From NCBI GenBank assembly GCA_013239625.1, contig MU057344.1, positions 808,276 to 872,275 on the forward strand: 64,000 nucleotides of DNA, in the 5' to 3' direction. The position numbers were made by a program, and so were the translations under genes. The notes below the pieces were generated by a model that saw nothing but the letters and a program-made list of their open reading frames with translations, was not told the DNA's origin and ran no database searches. Shown in pieces: positions 24,701-36,399 of this stretch. Every line of letters starts with the position of its first letter. Position 1 is the stretch's first letter. Source of the stretch: Lama guanicoe. Taxonomy: Eukaryota.

Positions 24701-25174
24701 GGAGTGGTGTCTCCAGGGTCTTCCCCGCCGGTGATCCCGCCCAGGGGCCACGGAGGCTCCGAGCTCAGCCCCGGGCTGGGCGTCCGCTCCCACGGCAGTC
24801 CTCCCCTTGGTTAATTTCATTTTGCAGTGGTAGAGGCCGTTCTGCTAAAATTACTTCAAAATCTGCCACATGGAAAACACGTCTGTCAGGGGAGCTGCCT
24901 GCAGTTTCCAAGGGGCCCACGGAGCCAGCAGCTCTCGTGCTGGTGCATCTCGCTCGTCACCCCCTCACCCCCTCACCCCGTTCGCCCAGGTCACCAGCTG
25001 TCAGTCAGGTCGTCCCCTCCGTCCCCAGCCCGGCGCGCGAGCCGCGCTTTCCCGGCCGGTCGCCTCCCTGGTCTCCGAGGCCTGGGGTCTACACCGAGGG
25101 CTCTGCCCACAGGTCTGAACACCACGTCCGTCCCCTCTGTGGACGACCTTGTCCGACACTGTCGGGAGGCTCAG

Positions 25175-27256
25175 GGGGTGATTCTCCCAGCATTTCAGAC
25201 TTCATCATGCCGCATTGTGCGAGCAGTGATCTGGGATGTTACTGCTGTAATTCTTCGAGGCTGACACGCACCACGCCCATCTAGGATGGTGGACTTAGTA
25301 ACTCTGTGTTCTGACTGCTCCACCCACCAGCCCTTCCCCGTCTCCCTCCCTCCCTCGGGCCTGCCTCTTCCCAGACACAACAAGGTTGAAATTGGGCCAG
25401 TTAATATCCCTACAGCTAGGTGGTCAGGTGGAAGGAAGAGTCACATGTCTCTCACCTTAAATCAAAAGCTAGAGGTGGTCTGAAAGTCAAGACAGGCTGA
25501 AAGCTGCGCCGAGCTGTGACTGCGAAGGAAAAGTTCTTGAAGGAAATTGAAAGTACTGTTCTAGTGAACCCTCAAACGATAAGGAAGCGAAACAGCATTA
25601 CTGCTGATACAGAGGAAAGCTTCATGGTCGGCCAGAGGGTGAAACGAGTCACAACCTTCCCTGAAGCCAAAACCTCGTGCAGAGCAAGACCCTGGCCCCT
25701 TCGGTTCTGAGGAGCTGAGAGGGTCGAGGAAGCTGCAGAAGGAGAGCCTGCAGCCGGCGGAGGCTGGTTCATGAGGTCGAGGGAGAGAAGCCGTCCTCGC
25801 AGCGTCGCGGTGCGGGTGGGGCAGCAGGTGCCGACGTGGGAGCTGCAGCTGGTTCCCCAGGAGATCCCGCTCGGGTCGTGCGTGAGGGTGGCCCCACTGA
25901 ACAGCGGTTTTTCAGTGTAGACGAAACAGCCTTATGTTGGAGGAAGATGCCCTCTTGGACTCTCACGGCTGGAGAGGAGTCGCGCCTGGCTTCACAGTGT
26001 CACGGGACAGGCTGGCTCTCTGTTAGGGGCTCGAGCAGCTGGCGACTTGGAGCGGAAGCCGGTGCTCACTGACCGTCTGAAAACCCCGGGCCCTTCCGAA
26101 TGATGCTAGGTCTCCTCCACCTGGGCTCTGCACGTGGACAGCAAGGCCTGGACGGCCGCACCTGTTTGCCACGCGGCTTACTGAGTGTCTTAGCCCACAG
26201 TCGAGACCACCTGCTCCAAAAAGAAAAAAGATCCCTTTTGAAATATTCCTGCCCGTCGACAAGGCCCCCGGCCCCCAGAGCTCTCGGTGACAGACAGGCT
26301 TTCACGTTGTTCCCGTGCCTCCTGACACAGCGTCCCTTCTGCAGCCCAGGGATCAGGGAGTTTCAGGCCTTACTGTTTAAGAAATGCATTTCGTGAGGCT
26401 GCAGCTGCCATGGACACTCCTCTGATGGCCTGGGCAAGGTCGTCGGTGAGTCCTTTCTGGAAGGTTTTCCACTCTAGGTGCCACAAGGAGCAGGCATGAT
26501 TCACGGGGAAAGCTCAGAGCATCCACAGCCCCAGGAGTTTGGAGGAAGTCGATTCCAGCCGTCATGGATGACTTTGAGGGACTCAAGGCTTCGGAGGAGG
26601 AAGTTGTTGCAGATGTGGTGGGAACAGCAAGGGGACGAGATTGAGACTTGGAGCCTGGAGGTGGGTCTGAGTCGCTGCAGCCTCGGGGGGACTTGCAGGG
26701 GGAGGAGGTGCTTCTGGATGAGCAAGGGAAGCGGTTTCCCAAGGGGGAGGCCACGCCTGGGGAAGGTGCTGTGAAAGGTGTTGGAATCACAGCAAAGATG
26801 TAGAATGTTCCATAGACTTAGTTGATAAAACGGCGGCAGGTTTGAGAGGACTGACTCCGATTTTGAAGGAAGTTCTGCTGTGACTACAATGCAATCAAAC
26901 AGCGTCGCCTGCTTGAGCAGTGACTCAGGAAAGGGAGAGCCAGTGTTCGTGATGGGCGTCGCTGTGGTCTTGCGTGAAGAAACTGCCCCAGCCTGCAGCC
27001 ACGAGCGCAGGGCCCGCGTCGGGGAAGGCCCTGCGGCGGCAAGACGGGACAGCCTGCTGCTGGCCGTGCTTCCCGCCAGCGAGGCGTGCGCTCGGGCTCC
27101 AGACACCGAGCTGCGGCGCAGGGGGTGGACTGCGGGCGAGCGTGCACGTGCCTTTCATGGGCCCTGGGAATCCAGACGTGTGTGTGACTCACTTCATGGC
27201 AACATTTGCTTTATACTTGCTAGAACCAAACCCACAGCGTCCCCGAGATGTGCCTT
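25175..27256 (+). mobile_element. Tigger1 (TcMar-pogo) DNA transposon fossil, 5'-truncated, transposase disrupted
   Basis: Peptide remnants in different frames (RKSHMSLTLNQKLE; AKEKFLKEIEST..RKRNSITAD; FFSVDETALCWRKMPS) match Tigger1 transposase. The 3' end (..CCCCGAGATGTGCCT) resembles the terminal inverted repeat. Confidence 0.88.
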
Positions 27257-30200
27257 ATTGGTGGGTAATCTTCGCAACGCTCCTGGGCAGTGGGGGTGGG
27301 GGCGCCGCGAGAGGCCGCCCCCGTGATGCCGGCCGCCTCCTGGAGGCCCTGGGCTCCCGGCACTTCCCTGACTTCCTTGGGTCTGACTTTCTGAAGAGTA
27401 AGACACTGAGGAAATAGTTACTTTTTTGGTAAAAAGACATGAAAAGATTCTCCGTCGTAGAGGGCTCTGACAGCAGCACATAAACCCTGCGTCAGAATTT
27501 AGCTGTGAGATCTCGGGGCTTCCTCCCCACCTCCAGCAAATTCTTAAAACCTCTCGAAAGCCTTCATCTCAAGGAGAAGTGGGCCCCTTTTGTGTGTTTA
27601 ATTACTAGAGCTCTGTTGACTCTCAAACATGATCTGAGAAATCTGAAAAAAACACACCAGATGAGTCCAGTAACCAGAGGGAGGCCAGTGGGCGCCCCCC
27701 CCCAGGGTGGCCCTGGGTCCCCTGCTCTCCTTTGCCCTGGCCGTGAGGCCGTGGGGACCACTAGGGGGGCGGGGGGGGGCCTGAGGCTCGTTTCCTATTT
27801 CCTTGTTCTCCCTTCAGCTTGTGTGTTTCATTCATTTGTTCGTTCCTCATTCATTCATTCCTTCTGGCTCAGCTGTTGAGACCACGAGTCAGATGACCTC
27901 GGTCGAGCGTGGCCTGTGTCACCAGTGGCTGCAGGACCTAGGACAGGGCTCCCTGACCCTGGGAGTGGTGGCCTTGCGGAGCCGGTGTGAGGCCCAGCAC
28001 CTGGTGCCGCCTGCTCCATGCTCTGCACTGTCCTCCCCAGCAGGGCTCACAGCTGCCCAATTGCTTGTCCCCCCTAACCCCGCGCCCCGAGCAGCCCTGG
28101 GAGGCAGCTGTGCACAGACACAGGCCCCAGCGGGCCCAGGGACCTGTGTGTGAGCCCGTGTTTCCCTACCCACTGTGTCCCCCCCCCCCCCACTGCTCTG
28201 TTACCTGGAGTTCAAGGCTCCGGCGGGCTTTGGAAATACCGAGCTGACCTGGAGTCCTCACCGTGCCGCTGTTTCATGAGCCCCGCCGGCCGGCCTGGGA
28301 AGTGGAGATGTCAGAGCCTGCCTCCCAGTGGATCCTCAGTCTGGACCAGCATCTGATACCCATCAGAGGCAGAGGGGACAGAGCAGACATGTGGCGGACG
28401 CGTCCCAGGTAGTAAGGGACGCGGAGCCGATTCTTAATAGATACGCAGTAGGCACAGAGTAGACACAGCACTGACACAGGCAGAGACGCGCGTGTCCCAG
28501 ACACGTCGCAGCACGCAGCAGGGTCAGCCTGCCGACGGGACTCAGGGAAGTCCCGCACAGGGTTCACGTCCCTCCCGTGGGACCCTCTTCATGAGGGAAG
28601 ACTGTGGATGGGGGTTTGGAGCACCAGTCCAGCTTTCTCCCACTCCTCCCCTTTTCCTCTTGACCTCGCACAGCCGAGCCGCCTGGGGGTGCAGGGGCGT
28701 CCTTCTGGGTTGGGCCCCCAGGTCAGGAGGGCGACGGGCCAGGAGGTGGGTGGTCCCCAAGTGGGTCTTCCCCACCCACTCCCCCTGCTCTGCCCCAGGA
28801 TTTGTTTGAATTTATGTTCTTTTCCTTAAGGTCTGATGTGGGCTTTTGTTTGCTTCTAGGTTCCTAGAAACTGCTGTGTTTTTTTCTCTTTATTACAACT
28901 TTGCAGAGAAGACATCTGAAAACGCAGCCCCCTCCCCGCAAATGGTCGGGAAGCAAAGGCGCGGCCGAGCCGGCCCAGCCCCACTGCTGCTTTTACTGGT
29001 TTCCTCTAAGGAGGCCTCTCTGTCTGGGGGGGGCAACACTTCTCTCAAAGGAAGGGGGGTGCGTGCTGCTGGCAGATGGAGAGGGGATGCCCACAGGCCT
29101 GCCCCAGCCCGCCCCCGTGCGCTGTGAACCCACCGCCCCAGCCCTCACGGCGACTGACGCCACCCCGACGAGTCTTTAACATCACGACAACTGAAGGAGT
29201 CGTTTTCTCAGGGAAGCCTCTCCCTCTGCGGGAACCCACTGCTCCCTTGGGGCCCTCAGACGGGGAGGTGTTGGTGCTTAAAAGTCAGCGCTGTTTGTCC
29301 ATCGAGACTGCGGTGAGGACAGATGTGGGTACAGCTCCTGCCCTCGAGGAATGCACCGTCTAGGAGGAGGCTAAATTAGGGGCTGTGCGGGCAGGGACCA
29401 GGGGTGACACTGCCTGCTCCCGGCCAGGGGTGCCCAGTGCCTCCCGGTGTCTGCGCTCCTGGCATCTCCCCCACCTCGTAATCTGGGCTGTTCCTTGTTC
29501 ACGTCGTGAGGCTCTTGGGGGAGAGCAGGGTGGGCTCGCGAGCCGGTCCCAAAGGACTCAGGGAGGCAGCTTGGGTTTTAGTGGTGGGACTGGGGTGAAG
29601 CCGGTGAGCTGGGCCGGGTGTCAGGGTGTGAACCTCCCTTGGCACCAAAGGAGGTGGCATCTGGGCTTTTTCTCATCAGCTCCCCAAGATATGGGGGAAA
29701 GGGGAGGCTTGAATGCGGTCAGCAGCCCAACAGCCGAACTGGGGTCACGTGGGTACGTTCTCTGTGGCTAAAACCTGGGCTCAGGGCCCCGCAGAGCCGT
29801 GAGGCTGGGCACGGCGGCCGGGGGATGCTGGGCACTTACCCGGAGCAGCAGGAAAAGATGGTGGACTTAATGATCACGGACTGCCTGCTCCTCAGGGCCT
29901 CCTGTGTGCATGGCCCCGTGGTGACTGTGTCTGGTTGAAGGGCCAGGATGGTACCACCTGTCCGCATGGAGTTTGTGCTTCAGAGGGGAGAGGGTGCAGA
30001 CAGGTGAGCCTGCGGGCGCATCGAGCCATGTAAGTGGAGAGGAGGGAGAGGGAGGGGACTGTCCCAGCGGGGAGGGGGTGAGGCACACCTGGGCCTGCTG
30101 TGGATGGAGCTCAGACGCTGAGGGTCCCGGTGAGGCTGGAGATGCGGGGGAGGAGAGGGAAGCTGGGGCCTGTCCTGCAGCCGTTGTGAGGTAGGAGCCA

Positions 30201-31931
30201 TGTGGTGCCAGTGTGGACGGAGGTCCTTCTGTGCTGGACGGGCTGGGGTGGGGTCAGCAGGCCTGGGGAGCCCACTGCTGCCCACAAGGCCAGACAGTGG
30301 CAGCAGAGGGTCAGGGAAAAGGGGCAGGAGTCCAGTGCTGGGAAAAGATTGGCAGGACCTGGGAGGACCAGGAAAGGGAGAACTGGACGGTGGATCTCTC
30401 ATGGACAGGCGGGCGTGGGCAGGTGCGCAGGCACCATCTTCCGAGTAGGGGAGTAGCCTTCGGGGTTAGAGGTGTTCACGCTCCACCCACAGCCCCCGTT
30501 CATGGTCAGATGCGTCCAGTTACTTCCTCAGTCGAGGATGGCCAGCCTCGCCCAGACTGAGCTCTGGTTTATTCCCATTAATCGGCAGCAGCCTCAGTGT
30601 GTGTGCCGACCTCATGGCACCATTTCGGCGAGGACGCTGAAGACCCCGCGTTCGTGGGAAGGTGCCATCCCGGTGCCAGTCTCCTGTGCACCGAGGGCTT
30701 TCCCGCCACGTGGCTTCAGAGGTGCACGTGCACTTGGGTGTCGTGGTCACGCTGCCCCTTCTCACTGGCCCAGCGCTGTTTACACTCAGAAAGGAGGCGG
30801 CGCTCTGTGCCTGCGGATGACCGGGAGCTGGTTTGTCCCTGGCTGCGGAGAAGGGCCTGCAGGCTGCGTGCGGACACGGAGGGAAAGGAGCTGGGCCAGG
30901 GGGAGGCGGTCCTGAGCCAGCCCGGGGCTCGCTGTTAACAGAACGGGGCTCTTCCCTGCCGGTCTGCTAGTGGACGGAGTGCAGTGGTTGGTTGTTCTGG
31001 TGGATGTCGGTCTCGCTAAATGCACGTCCAAGCTAAATGGATTTAGGGCAAGGTGGTCACGTGGCTGACGGCCGCCAGGAGGAGCTGGCCAGCTGCTGTG
31101 AGGTGTTGAGGCGGGAACGGGAGTCCTTCGTGCTGGGTGGACAGCACTGTCCACGTGGCCTGGGGTGAGTCTGCAGCCGAGGGCCCTCCCTGGTCCTCAG
31201 CAAGGTCCCAGGACAGCAATAGGATGAGAGAAGGGAGACCCACGTCCGTCATCTCTCTCTCTGTGTCTGTCTCTCTGAGGCCTCGCTCTTGTTCCTCATT
31301 GGTCTCTTCCTGGCTTGTCCGTGGGGGTCGCTGCTTCCTCATCCCCCGTGCGTGTGCAACTGTGGGGAGACGGGCCGACAGCCCCAGCTGACTGAGCGGC
31401 CCTCCCGAGCGTGGCTCACGAAGACAGAGCCTGCTCCCCCTAGGGCTGGCAGTGCGGGGAGCGGGGCTCCAGCTCGGGGTGGAGTGAAAACCAGACTGTA
31501 GAAATGAGTGTCTTGGGTTTTTTAAGAAACTTTTTGTTATGAAAAATTCTGAGCATTTACAGAAGCACAAAGAATTGACGGCGAAGCCTCACCGAGGTCC
31601 ATCCCCTCTTCTGACCGGCCTCCGCCCCTCTGTCCCCGCCCCAAACCCCAGACATCACACTGTCCATAAAAAACACCTCGGCAGAGACCTCTGAAAGACG
31701 AGCGTCCTGCGACAGCTGTGTCACCAAACACAGCACATTTACTGTCATTTTTAGTGCCTCCAGATGGGTAGTGTGCGCTTCAGTTTCCTCCACTGCCTCG
31801 TTTTTTTAAGGTTTGCTTTTTAATCAGTTAGAATAAGGCCTGTTGTTGGAAATTACAGGAGCAGCGGTCACATCCGTGTGGCTAACGCAGCGGCAGACCG
31901 GCCAGCTGCAGCCGAGTTAATGGCTCTGTTA

Positions 31932-32211
31932 CAGGCGCGCCTCCTCTTACTGTGTTTTGCTTTTTGCAATTCACAGATACTGTGTTTTTTACAAATTGAA
32001 GGTTTGTGGCAACCCTGCGTTGTCAGGTGGTGGTTAGCACTTTTAGCAATAAAGTATTTTTTTTATTAAGGTGAGTGCGTAGGTTTTTCCGACATAAAGC
32101 TGCTGCCTACTTCAGACGACAGCAGAGTGTAAACGTCACTTCACACGCACTGGGAAACCAGAAATTCAGGGCCCTGTCGTGGCACTTGCTGCACTGCGTG
32201 GTCTGGAACCC
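31932..32211 (+). mobile_element. Internally deleted Tigger1 derivative (Tigger1a-like MITE)
   Basis: TA|CAGGC.. start and TTTTTTACAAATTGAAGGTTTGTGGCAACCCTGCGT (Tigger1 5' end), joined directly to 3'-end sequence (GGTTAGCACTTTTAGCAATAAAGTATTT...GGTCTGGAACC). Confidence 0.8.
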
Positions 32212-32779
32212 TTGCCACGTCGCCACGGTGGCTGCATTCATCACGTGTGTGACCAGTCCGGGTGCAGGATGTTCCAGCCTGGGCTGCCCTTCTGGTCCCC
32301 CTACTGTGACCCCATCACTGACCCCTGCTGGCCGCTGGCCGGTTTCCAGCTCTGTCCACCTCCACGCTGTGGCATCTTGAATGTCCTGCAGGTGGAGCCG
32401 TGCGGCGTGCAGCTGTCAGGACCAGCCCCTTGCCCTCTGCACAGCGAGGCCCCGAGGCTCATCCACGCACCTGAGCAGAGCAGGCTGCCTGCCTTACCCT
32501 CGGTGCCCGGGGTGGGGTCTGCCTGCTTGCTGGCTGAGCGATGTCAGGGGGTGGGCTGTATCCCCCCGCACCCCTGTAACGTGTCCTGAGGATGCTCCAG
32601 AGTCGAGCTCCTCACTGTGTGCATGTGCCCCTGGGCCGGGTCCTGTCAGGGCACCTGCTGCACGGCTGGCACTGTGACAGTGACAATGTGAACAGAGGGG
32701 CTGATCCTCGTCCTGGGGGGCAGCAGGAGAGGTGCCTTTGACAACCATGGATGACCATGGGGGTGTCCACAGATTAGAG

Positions 32780-33825
32780 GTGCCCTGCGTGACCCTGGGG
32801 CCTGGATGAGGGGGCACCCGTGGGTGTCTGTCATCCCATCTTTGACCACCTGCCTTTCTCTCACAAGGACCTTGTGGTGACATTGGGCCACCCGGATAAT
32901 CCCGGATAATCCCGCCCCTGGGTCCGTAACCTCCTCTCCCCAGCGAAGTCCCCTTTCCTTGTAGGGCAGCACACCCATAGGCTCCGGGGACAAGGGCGGG
33001 GGCACGTCTGGGGGGCGGCTGTCAGCTGACCATAGGTGCTTCCAGGCGCGCTGGTGTTGGGGGCTCCGGGCCCCGCTGGAGGGTTCCCTGGGTGAGAACG
33101 AGGGCCAGACGGGGCCCTGGGGTGGGGGGAGCCTGGAGCCACCTCCAGCTCTTGGAGCCCCTTGGCCTGGCCTTGGGTGGCCTCGGCTGGCTCACCTGTA
33201 AGTGGGTGAGCGATAGCCGCCTTTCCTCCTCCCTGGGTTGCCCTGCTGATCATATGCAGTAGCAGACACTAAAGCATGCCCAGTTATAAGCCACAGGCTC
33301 ACCCTCATCAGGACGCCTGCGGAGGGGCCTGGACAGGGGGAGCGCCGACCATGGCAGCAACTCTGGGCGGGGCTGACACCGGCTCACACTCAGCGCCGCG
33401 TCCGGGGGCCACCGGCTCCTTGTGCCCTTGGTCCCTTGCCCACCCTCAGACCATCTCCCTGCACGTGGCCTGGCCTGGCTGCTGGGAGTGCAGCCCTGCA
33501 GGGTGGGTGTAAGGAGAAGGACCTGGCGGGGTGGGGGCAGTGCTGCTGGCTCGGGAGCTCAGACGTGGTGGCCACCTGGGTCCCCCCGGGTGCCACACCT
33601 GCCATCCCAGCGCAGTTTGTCAGGCTCCGGTGGGGGCCCTCTTGCTGGTGGCAGATGGCCTCCTTCCTGCTGGGTCCCCTGCTCTGGCCCCTTCCTCCTC
33701 CTATTAGGACACTAATCCCATCATGGGGGCCCCTCCCTCCCGACCTCACCTGGCCCTGATATCATCATGCCGGGGTCAGGGCTCCAACACAGGAATTCGG
33801 GGGGACACAGACGTTCAGTCTGTAA
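32780..33825 (-). mobile_element. Two MaLR (MLT1-like) LTR fragments, about 32780-33010 and 33530-33825
   Basis: AAGGACCTTGTGGTGACATTGGGCCACCCGGATAATCC; AGGACACTAATCCCATCATGGGGGCCC...GGGGGACACAGACGTTCAGTC. Confidence 0.6.
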
Positions 33826-35199
33826 CCGTGGGTGAGGTGGGGGAGAAAAGATTGGGAAGGTGTTTGGGGACCACCTGGGGGGGCCAAGAGGGGACCACAC
33901 ATCGGCCAAGGAGCCGGGGGTGGGGACGAGAGCCAGGGAAGGGGGACAGGTGAGACGAGCAGCCAGGTGGGGCCTGGGAGGGTGACAGGGGTGGGGCGCA
34001 CCCTGGAGGGGGCACATGCCACTAGGCGTCTGGGGGAGAGGCAGTGAGGAGGGGCTGGGGACTTGGGGAGGATGAGGTGTGACGGGCGCTGGGTCAAGAC
34101 TGGGAGGAGCCCAAGGGAAGGAAAGGTGAGGGAGAGGCCACACAGCCTGTGGGTCCACTGGAATTAGGGTGACCCCCAGCCTCTTGATCTGGTTTCGGAT
34201 CTGCCTCCCAGGGCTGCTCATCTGGGATAACCACCCTCCTCACCCCTCGCTGCTGTCACTACGCTGCCACCGGCCTGGGTACCGGGGACACTGACTCTGC
34301 AGCCCCGCCCCCCAAGCTCACTGCTGGAGCCCAGCCCTGCCTGGGACAAGCCCGCCTTTGCAGACCCTCTCTGAGCTCCTGCTTCAGGTGGTCCAGATCC
34401 TTTCCCCAGACCTTGTTTCTTAGGATTTGTTCCTCACACTCAGGATTTACACAAATTTGGCACATGTGTGGGTCCAGCCTCCTGTCCAACCATCTGCCCA
34501 TCGAGGTCCCCAGATCTCTACCCAAGTGGAAAAGATCCGTGTGGGGCGAGGGACAGGATGGTTTCCTTTCAGAAGAGCCGGGAGCAGCCCCCGGACACGC
34601 ACCGCTCGTCAGTGCCGGGGCGGACCTCTCACTTCCCGTCGTCTCTGCTGTTGGGTGCGTCCCGTGTGTCCCAGGTTAGCTGGCAACATTTTTTTCTTTC
34701 CTGGTGGCGCCTAAAATAATGGTGTTTCTCACAGCTGTTGGCCTTTTAGATTCGAGAAGGAGCGTCGCGGAGGTGGGCCATCATCAGGGCAGAGGGGAGG
34801 GCTGGGTGCGGTCGCGGACCCGTCCTCGGAGGTGGGCAGTTCTGAGGAGTGGGGGTCTGTGGGGGGACAGGCAAGGTCATTGATGTTGTAGAGAGTCGGG
34901 GACCCGCCCCCCAGATCTTTGAGGTCGGGAGGATGGTGTTGACGTGTGGAGGGCGGCCTACTGACCATCCTCAGGGCCGCCAGTCTAGGGCCCCAGACAT
35001 CAGGGTAAGAGGCTTGGTTGCCGTGTCGTGTGAGTGGCTCGTACGTGGTGTGCAGTGGGGCACCGGCACGAGGGCTGTACGCCCAGGGGACGGGTGCGTG
35101 TCTGTTCAGCTTCATTTGATTCTGACAAACATTTCTGTAAGGTGGTTGCGCCGGTTTACACTCCGCACTGTGTTCCGACACGAGTTGAGTCGTTTTTTC

Positions 35200-35860
35200 C
35201 CTGCGAGCAACCAGGCCTGGCGCCAGCTGGGTGCCCTGCGGCTGAGCTCAGTTCTGATGCCGTCCACCCAGGGTCAGCGCCAACCCCACAGGTCAAGGAC
35301 TGGGTCCCACAGCACAGCTGCCGCTTCAGCCTGCAGTCCCAGGCCCCAGGTCCCCACATGTGCCTCTGACCAGCCAGAGGGCACTGGGTTCCCAGGACCC
35401 TGCTCGGGTTTGGTCGTTTGCTAGAGCAGCACGTGGAACTCGGGCAGACACCTGCCGTAGGCTTCCCGGCTTAGTGAGAATAGCGCTGGGGAGCAGCCAG
35501 GTGGACCAGATGCACAGGGCGAGGTCCGGGGCGCTGGGAGCCCCCACACGCTCTCCGGGAGCACCCCAGCACCTCCCTGTGTTCCTGACCCGGAAGCCTC
35601 CAAACCCCGCCACGTGGGAGTTCTGACGGACGTCTCATGGAGTGATTGATGGAATCATTGACCACTGGTGATGAACTCAAGCTGCGGTCCGTCTTGCCTC
35701 CCCTGGTGTCAGGCGTGGGGCTGAATGATCCAGTCCTCTAATCCTGCCTTGGACGCCCGGCCCCCAACCTGAATCCAGTCCCCTCGGCGTTCAGCGGACA
35801 CTGCGAGGCTTCCGGGAGCCATGTGCCAGGAGCACGGCTGTGACGGCCCGTCCCTCACAG
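35200..35860. mobile_element. MER21-like LTR
   Basis: CAGTTCTGA...CCCCACAGGTCAAGGACTGGGTCCCACA, TTTGCTAGAGCAGC.C..GGAACTC, CATTGACCACTGGTGATGAACTCAA; similar to 57830-58515. Confidence 0.6.
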
Positions 35861-36079
35861 GTCCTCCGGTCGGGGTGGGGGTGCCTCTCCCACATCCTTC
35901 CCGGCCCCTGGGTTGTCAGAGCTTCTTGATAGCAGAGCAGACGCCAGTGGCATCGGATGGGGCCCTGATTCACACTTCTCCTCACCCCTGAGGTTAAGCG
36001 TCGTCTCATTTTCTTGGCCTTTAAGGTCTCGGGGGGATGAGCAGTTTCCCCACCAGCTTGCTCCAGTGGTCCCCAGGGT

Positions 36080-36290
36080 GTCTTTTTTATTCTTAAGTGA
36101 AGTTCAGTCCATTTACACTGTTGTGGCAATTTCGGTGGACAGCGCAGTGGCTCGGTCATACATTGAGCACACGTGCGTTCCTTTCCATTTTCTTCTTCGC
36201 CGTGGTGACTGCGAGGTGCTGAATGCAGCTCCCTGTGCTCTACAGAAGAAACGTGGTTTGCGGTTGGACTTTGTTGACACATTAAGACCC
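36080..36290 (-). mobile_element. Artiodactyl-type L1 3' end fragment
   Basis: TTTACA.TGTTGTG.CAATTTC.G.GTGGACAGC.CAGTG...CCCTGTGCTCTACAG resembles cetartiodactyl L1 3' termini. Confidence 0.55.
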
Positions 36291-36399
36291 ACTCTACGCC
36301 TTCTGCTCTGTTTCACAGCCTGGTTGTTCAGAGACAATCCAGGCGTTTGCGCGCCTGCCGTGTTGGTTTGCAGCAGCTCTGTGTGTGTGGATGCGACGC

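Noticed and set aside
25405-26900. Functional domesticated transposase (TIGD1-like gene)
   Set aside because: The start codon is lost and homology is split across frames by stops, deletions and frameshifts.
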